Shown here one piece after another: positions 59,324 through 64,000 of a DNA stretch of 64,000 bases. Positions within the stretch are counted from its first letter, which is position 1; each line of letters starts with the position of its first letter. The notes below the pieces were generated by a model. It saw nothing but the letters and a program-made list of their open reading frames with translations, was not told where the DNA came from and ran no database searches. Source of the stretch: a virus (lineage: Duplodnaviria; Caudoviricetes); the IMG/VR virus record IMGVR_UViG_3300042010_000129, positions 160,001-224,000 of that record. One strand, given 5' to 3'. The position numbers and the translations under genes are program-made.

Positions 59324-59772
59324 ATACTCCCGTCTTCTTTTCGGAAAAATTTCAGATCAGATGCGGATTCCACAAGCGCCACAAATTCAGGACTCCATGG
59401 CGTGTTGTATGAACGGAAAAGGTTTGTCATTTTGTACGACGCCGGAATGCGTTCATCGACAATCAGAATGACGCGTGCGCCGGACGTTGGACACTGGATC
59501 GCGATCACGTCCAATGGGCCGAGGTCTTTTGCGGCTTCCTTGTAATTTTCCGCCCACATGTTCACTACGTTGTAAGCCAGACGGCCTTCGTCGATTTTCC
59601 GGATTTTGACGCCCATCGGCTGACCATCCAGTTCGTCGAAGTCATCCTGCAAAATGACGCTGAAATAATTGCCGTAGTTGGATGGTACACCCGGCTCTTT
59701 GAAAATGCCCACGCACGATTGCGAAAGCAGATACACCTTGCAATTCAGTTTACGGATCACAGTCGGCCCCAC
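59320..59772 (-). CDS. Hypothetical protein
   Basis: 150-aa ORF. Confidence 0.6.
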   Translation of the reverse strand: MGPTVIRKLNCKVYLLSQSCVGIFKEPGVPSNYGNYFSVILQDDFDELDGQPMGVKIRKIDEGRLAYNVVNMWAENYKEAAKDLGPLDVIAIQCPTSGARVILIVDERIPASYKMTNLFRSYNTPWSPEFVALVESASDLKFFRKEDGSI

Positions 59773-59969
59773 GTTTGGTAATCGGCTTCGGTCATGTGCG
59801 AATCATCACGCATTTTCTTTTCGTATGTGCGCAAATCTTCGACATGGTTTTCACACGCTGCTTTGCTCAGTCCACCGAGTCCGCTTTTGCGAAAGCAGGC
59901 TGCAACTTTTTGCCCGGCTTCTTTGCACCACGTGCAGTTGTAAGGTTCATTTATTTTGACTTTTTTCAT
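59757..59969 (-). CDS. Small zinc-finger protein
   Basis: CTWC ... ACENH. Confidence 0.65.
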   Translation of the reverse strand: MKKVKINEPYNCTWCKEAGQKVAACFRKSGLGGLSKAACENHVEDLRTYEKKMRDDSHMTEADYQTWGRL

Positions 59970-60271
59970 TTGGCGTCGGTGGCGTCAAACACGTGCCAAA
60001 TCAGACCGCCGTTTTCGGTGCTGACAGTGCCGATGAATTTGCCCGGTTCGGTTTGCGGTTCACCTTCGTAGGTGCTGCGATCTTTCGGAACTTTGTGACC
60101 GGTGCCGTAAATGTCGATAACTTTCGTGACGGTCGATTCAGTGCCGTAGTCGATCAGCGCGTACAGCACAACTTCGCCACGCTGTTCGATCACAGAAAGA
60201 ATTTGTGCCGGTGCCGGAATTTCCAACACTTGGCGGTCGGTTACATTCAGCACGTATTTGCCGATGATCAT
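59966..60271 (-). CDS. Conserved phage small beta protein
   Basis: IGKY.L..Q.LEIP..A.ILSV..Q..YGTGH..FIGTV..LIWHVF motif. Confidence 0.7.
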   Translation of the reverse strand: MIIGKYVLNVTDRQVLEIPAPAQILSVIEQRGEVVLYALIDYGTESTVTKVIDIYGTGHKVPKDRSTYEGEPQTEPGKFIGTVSTENGGLIWHVFDATDAK

Positions 60272-60681
60272 TCGTTGATTTCCATTTTGTTTACGTGGTC
60301 AGTGGGCGCCTGTACAAAAGGCACCAGACGGCCACGCTGCAAACCAGCAAATGGCGTCCACTTTTCATAACTGGCGTTGTACTTACACATGCCTGCAAGC
60401 AATGCGGCGCGTGACTGTTCCGCAACTTCGATACTGTCGGTTGGAACCGCGTAAAAGGCGAAGTAATTCGGATTGAGTTTGTGAATCGACTGATCAGGCC
60501 ACACCAAATGGCCGCGCCCGTCCGTACCGATTTGCCGGTGAATAATTCCGTAGGGTTCCCAACGCTGACTTTCTTCGTCAAAGGCTACGGCAAACCAGCA
60601 ATCGGCGGTGAATTTGAATTTAACGCGCTGTGAAGCCCGATGGCAGGTCGTAGTCAAACGTCCCTTCAAATTTGCTCGCAT
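60268..60681 (-). CDS. Hypothetical protein (start uncertain)
   Basis: Minus-strand ORF. Confidence 0.6.
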   Translation of the reverse strand: MRANLKGRLTTTCHRASQRVKFKFTADCWFAVAFDEESQRWEPYGIIHRQIGTDGRGHLVWPDQSIHKLNPNYFAFYAVPTDSIEVAEQSRAALLAGMCKYNASYEKWTPFAGLQRGRLVPFVQAPTDHVNKMEINE

Positions 60682-61000
60682 CTACTTTCATCCCCATTGA
60701 AAAACTATTCGGATGTTGCTGCTGTTCGATAGCCTCACGCAGGCGTTTCACCATCGCAGGATGTGCCACGATTTTCTGGCCGAACATCATCATTTGATCC
60801 GACGGTACTTTGAACGGAATACGATTGAAACGTTGTTCAGGTTTCCAGCGTTTGCGGTGCGACCATTTCCGCTCTTCGAGGTGATATTTAAGTTTCACCA
60901 TGCTCGGGTCTTCAATGATTTGGAAGCCTTGGCATCCCATTAAAGAACCGAGGCCCTCGATACCGGGGAACAAGTTCCCGTTTCGATCCGGATACGACAT
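60620..61000 (-). CDS. Hypothetical protein
   Basis: GGAGAAG SD. Confidence 0.7.
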   Translation of the reverse strand: MSYPDRNGNLFPGIEGLGSLMGCQGFQIIEDPSMVKLKYHLEERKWSHRKRWKPEQRFNRIPFKVPSDQMMMFGQKIVAHPAMVKRLREAIEQQQHPNSFSMGMKVDASKFEGTFDYDLPSGFTAR

Positions 61001-61340
61001 TGTTCACTTCTCCAAAAAGGCCGACTAATTTTCGCGATGCAATTTGCTGGCCTTCGGAAGCCAGTAATTCTTTGTAGGTGAAATCGCGCAGGCGGTGCCA
61101 GTGTTCAAAATATTCACGGCGGCTGCTGGTCTGGCGCAGAAGTGCAACGCGTTTCAACGGTTCGTGCATGCCGAACGCAGCATACAACACCCGATCAATA
61201 AACGGATCATCACGCTCAGATTTGCGCCCGTGGATTTGATCGAACGTAACTTCCTGCAAGACGCGACAGAAATCCCGATAGTCACCGCCACCGAAATTCG
61301 CAAATAAAATAAAAGCTTCGACTCGCATATAGTTCCCCAA
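60912..61340 (-). CDS. Hypothetical protein
   Basis: 142-aa ORF, 3' overlap with next gene. Confidence 0.55.
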   Translation of the reverse strand: MGNYMRVEAFILFANFGGGDYRDFCRVLQEVTFDQIHGRKSERDDPFIDRVLYAAFGMHEPLKRVALLRQTSSRREYFEHWHRLRDFTYKELLASEGQQIASRKLVGLFGEVNNVVSGSKRELVPRYRGPRFFNGMPRLPNH

Positions 61341-61364
61341 AGGGCCGTCCTTGGCCCACTCGAA

Positions 61365-62342
61365 TTACTTAGAGATTTCTTCCATCTGAATAACGCGTTT
61401 CTTCGGCATTTTCTTTCCGTCGCCGCCACAGGTCGCGTGGTCAGGGCCGTCGTTGTAGTACGGCAGATGCGGGCGGATGGTGTCAGTGAACAATTTCCAC
61501 GCCACAACATCATGGATGCAAATATCACGATCCGAACCGACCTGATCCACGCTTTGGTAGGACTGCAAATCGTCCAGCATATTGCGGATCACATGCGGCG
61601 CGAATCGTGCGAAGTCTTCACCGAGGCGAATTGCATGCAGCATGGAGCGGTCGAACTCTTCACGCGGGTTGGAATACGAAGCGAAAGTTTTTGCAGGATC
61701 AAGAATCCATGGTGCGGACAGCATCGCCTCACCTTCGCCCAAAACTACTTCGAATTCACCTTCAAATCCGAGGTTGCGATTGCGTTTTTCGAGGTTCAAT
61801 GCAGACGTGATATACGAACGGGAAAACCGATTACGTTCGTCGTAGAAAAACCAGTGTTGCGGTCGCGCCGATTTCCAGATTTCGAAAAGGGCACCCAACA
61901 GGTTTTCCAGAATCTCGGTGCTAGGCACCAGCACGTGCATTTCGCAGCCGCTGCCGTGGCGGTCTACGTGCTTGCCGAGCATGTGAATCAGTTGCGAGAA
62001 AAGTTCGAAAGACATTTCACGCAAATACGAAACTTCCGGGCAGAAAATGACGTGCCCTGAAAAACTATACTGCGTCAAAATCTTTTGAGTTGCGTTCAGG
62101 TCAGAATCCGCACCAAAACATGCGATGTTATCCGGCTGCTGACCTTTGAAGCAATTGCGCACGCGTTGTTCTGCTGCGTCTTCAGTGGCGCCGATCACGA
62201 TCACGTTGATTGTGTGGTCAGACAGGCGCATGACGGCCTTCGTATCCTGATCGGGTACACCCAGTCCGTAACCGAACATGATGGAACGGGAAATCTTGTC
62301 AAACATTTGCGGTGTGTCGATAACGCTATGATGAAATTTCAT
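61365..62342 (-). CDS. Hypothetical alpha/beta protein
   Basis: 325 aa; AAGGA SD. Confidence 0.75.
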   Translation of the reverse strand: MKFHHSVIDTPQMFDKISRSIMFGYGLGVPDQDTKAVMRLSDHTINVIVIGATEDAAEQRVRNCFKGQQPDNIACFGADSDLNATQKILTQYSFSGHVIFCPEVSYLREMSFELFSQLIHMLGKHVDRHGSGCEMHVLVPSTEILENLLGALFEIWKSARPQHWFFYDERNRFSRSYITSALNLEKRNRNLGFEGEFEVVLGEGEAMLSAPWILDPAKTFASYSNPREEFDRSMLHAIRLGEDFARFAPHVIRNMLDDLQSYQSVDQVGSDRDICIHDVVAWKLFTDTIRPHLPYYNDGPDHATCGGDGKKMPKKRVIQMEEISK

Positions 62343-62382
62343 TCGATATTATTCCTTCGCGCTTTCCACGCGTAAGTAAAGG

Positions 62383-62415
62383 GCAGCACTATGTGCGCCG
62401 CCCAGTTGGTGCTGC
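62383..62415 (-). promoter_or_regulatory. Intergenic inverted repeat around a -10-like CATAGT
   Basis: gcagcac-N19-gtgctgc. Confidence 0.3.
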
Positions 62416-62424
62416 ACTGCTTAT

Positions 62425-62754
62425 TTACAGTTTGTCGCTGGTTTCGTCCAACAAGGTGTCGATGGCCGATGGCTGAATGCCGCTAGTGGTGTGGTTGAAG
62501 ACTTTGCGAATTTCCGCAATGCGCGACAGCAGGAAATTTTCCAGCCCGTCATCACCGAGATACATATTGTCGTTGCAGGTATCCCACAGATTGAAGCCGC
62601 AGAACTGCACACCGAATTCCCCGGCTGCGTAGCTGAACGACAGCAACGGAACCAAATGCTCCAGACGTTCCGGCAAACCTTCGTAAACGAGGTGGTCGTT
62701 GATCTTGTCCACAATGCGGACAATTTGATCGGGTGTACTTACGTCGAATTCCAT
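62425..62754 (-). CDS. Acidic hypothetical protein
   Basis: GAGG SD. Confidence 0.7.
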   Translation of the reverse strand: MEFDVSTPDQIVRIVDKINDHLVYEGLPERLEHLVPLLSFSYAAGEFGVQFCGFNLWDTCNDNMYLGDDGLENFLLSRIAEIRKVFNHTTSGIQPSAIDTLLDETSDKL

Positions 62755-62760
62755 ACCGCC

Positions 62761-63189
62761 TCACTTTATATTTTTCAGTTTTTGCTCAGTACGTTTTACA
62801 TACTTGAGCAAATCTTTTTTGTTGAGTAGCGAAAGAGTTGCAATGCACGGTTTAGGCAGGTACTGACCACGCTTGATCAGTGCAATGTTGTAGCGCGCCT
62901 GTGCGTCTTCTGCCATTTCCAAAACGTCGCGGTAGACCATGCGGTTGATGGGCCAGACGATGCGCAGGTACACGAACGGCTTACCACTGCCGACCGTACC
63001 GCACCATTCGGATTTCCCTTTGCAGCGCCCGCATTTGAAAATGGAAACGTCTACGTTTTTCTGGATCACTTCCCAGCGGCGTTTCTGGAAAAAACCCATG
63101 CCTTTCAGGCCGTGATTACACACCGGACATTCTTCGATGCCGTAGGCGGTAATCGGTGCAACGAACCACGATTTGATCAGGGCAATCAT
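62761..63189 (-). CDS. Zinc-ribbon protein
   Basis: CPVCN ... CGRCK. Confidence 0.65.
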   Translation of the reverse strand: MIALIKSWFVAPITAYGIEECPVCNHGLKGMGFFQKRRWEVIQKNVDVSIFKCGRCKGKSEWCGTVGSGKPFVYLRIVWPINRMVYRDVLEMAEDAQARYNIALIKRGQYLPKPCIATLSLLNKKDLLKYVKRTEQKLKNIK

Positions 63190-63506
63190 GGAATCTTGAT
63201 CCCAAGCAGATTTGCGGTGCGGATGATATCGGAGTACGTGCCGCCCGTTGGCAACGCATCCAATTCAGCGCGGATTTTTGCAGTCGGTTCCAACAGCTTT
63301 TCCATTTCCGCCAGAACGTCACTCAACGTTTCGGTCTTTGGAGTTTCGGACGGCGTGAAACGAATTGCTTTGTCAGGATTGCGCGAACATTCCAGACGGT
63401 GACGCAGACGATCCAGTTGCCCGCATGCCTTCAACAACGCAGCGCGTGCGTTCAAGTAGCGAATTTGATCCTGATCGGTGCAGCGGGTAATTTTGTGGTC
63501 GGTCAT
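63186..63506 (-). CDS. Hypothetical helical protein
   Basis: ATGA-coupled. Confidence 0.65.
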   Translation of the reverse strand: MTDHKITRCTDQDQIRYLNARAALLKACGQLDRLRHRLECSRNPDKAIRFTPSETPKTETLSDVLAEMEKLLEPTAKIRAELDALPTGGTYSDIIRTANLLGIKIP

Positions 63507-64000
63507 CCGTAAAGTCCTTCGCGCATGAGTCGTTGTTTAATTGGATTGATATCGGTGCCGTAGCGGTCGATACGGGCCAGCACTTTTTTCATGTCGGGTT
63601 TATTGCGCAGATTGTAAATCGGGATATCAAATTCCCACGCAATCATAATCGCAACCCCGGTGCCGCCTGTACGCCCACGCAGATAACCGGATGGGCTGAC
63701 GCAACCGTCTGGCGTCCAGCACACTAAAAATTCGGATGGATCGGAATCTTCTACGCAGGTAGACAGGCCGACCACTTGAAAAGCATTGCGGCGAAACATT
63801 TTCATGTGTTGCTTATTCTGGATCACAATTGGATAAACTTTCTGTGCCAGATATTCGCCCCACATCGCTTGTTCTTCGGTGTACTGCCAGATGCCAGTTT
63901 GATGCCCACGAAACCCGCGATCAGGCAGATAAATTTCCGTGTGCTTGGCACCGTCCTCAAAAGCTTTGTCGGAGCCTTTCGCGGCCCCGGAGCGCATAAT
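63503..64000 (-). CDS. DprA/Smf-like (SLOG superfamily) protein, 5'-truncated
   Basis: RSGAAKGSDKAFEDG..EIYLP..RNAFQVVG..PSEFLVCWTPDG..GGTGVAIMIA..IPIYNL. Confidence 0.7.
   Translation of the reverse strand: MMRSGAAKGSDKAFEDGAKHTEIYLPDRGFRGHQTGIWQYTEEQAMWGEYLAQKVYPIVIQNKQHMKMFRRNAFQVVGLSTCVEDSDPSEFLVCWTPDGCVSPSGYLRGRTGGTGVAIMIAWEFDIPIYNLRNKPDMKKVLARIDRYGTDINPIKQRLMREGLYG

Noticed and set aside
1-64000. tRNA/rRNA genes or stop-codon recoding
   Set aside because: No T-arm GTTCRANYC cloverleaf or rRNA-like tract noticed by eye (a tRNAscan run would be decisive); genes tile well under the standard code using all three stops.

Overview
This 64 kb window looks like an accessory/early region of a large lytic phage, most likely a jumbo-type phage with a Pseudomonas-like host. 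The host and phage type are inferred from an AlgR-like protein, an exact AlgR box and the overall gene style, not from a database search. About 130 short ORFs are tightly packed, all on the minus strand, often joined by ATGA or TAATG overlaps. I found no capsid, terminase, polymerase, integrase, tRNA, rRNA or CRISPR array. Recognisable products: two GNAT acetyltransferases, two 2OG-Fe(II) oxygenases, a Pol-beta-family (PF10127-like) nucleotidyltransferase, a LemA-like/TPM-like membrane pair, two acyl-carrier-protein (ACP) domain fusions, a KorA/TrfB-like HTH, an XRE HTH, a TraR/YbiI zinc finger, a KTSC-domain Ala/Lys-rich protein, a stand-alone AlgR-like LytTR domain, a VgrG3-C-like muramidase and a partial DprA/SLOG protein. 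Most notable: (1) a 34-aa minimal type IV prepilin, absent from the ORF track; (2) a receiver-less AlgR mimic plus an exact AlgR core site (ACCGTTCGTC) inside a phage sigma70 promoter, which together suggest interference with the host pilus/AlgR regulon; (3) an ACP mimic with the phosphopantetheine Ser replaced by Glu; (4) several families of repeated regulatory cassettes: 7 sigma70 promoters each followed by the same 22-nt leader box, 7 hairpin(+RBS) repeats, and 4 covarying hairpins with a conserved loop. All family assignments come from motif recognition by eye.
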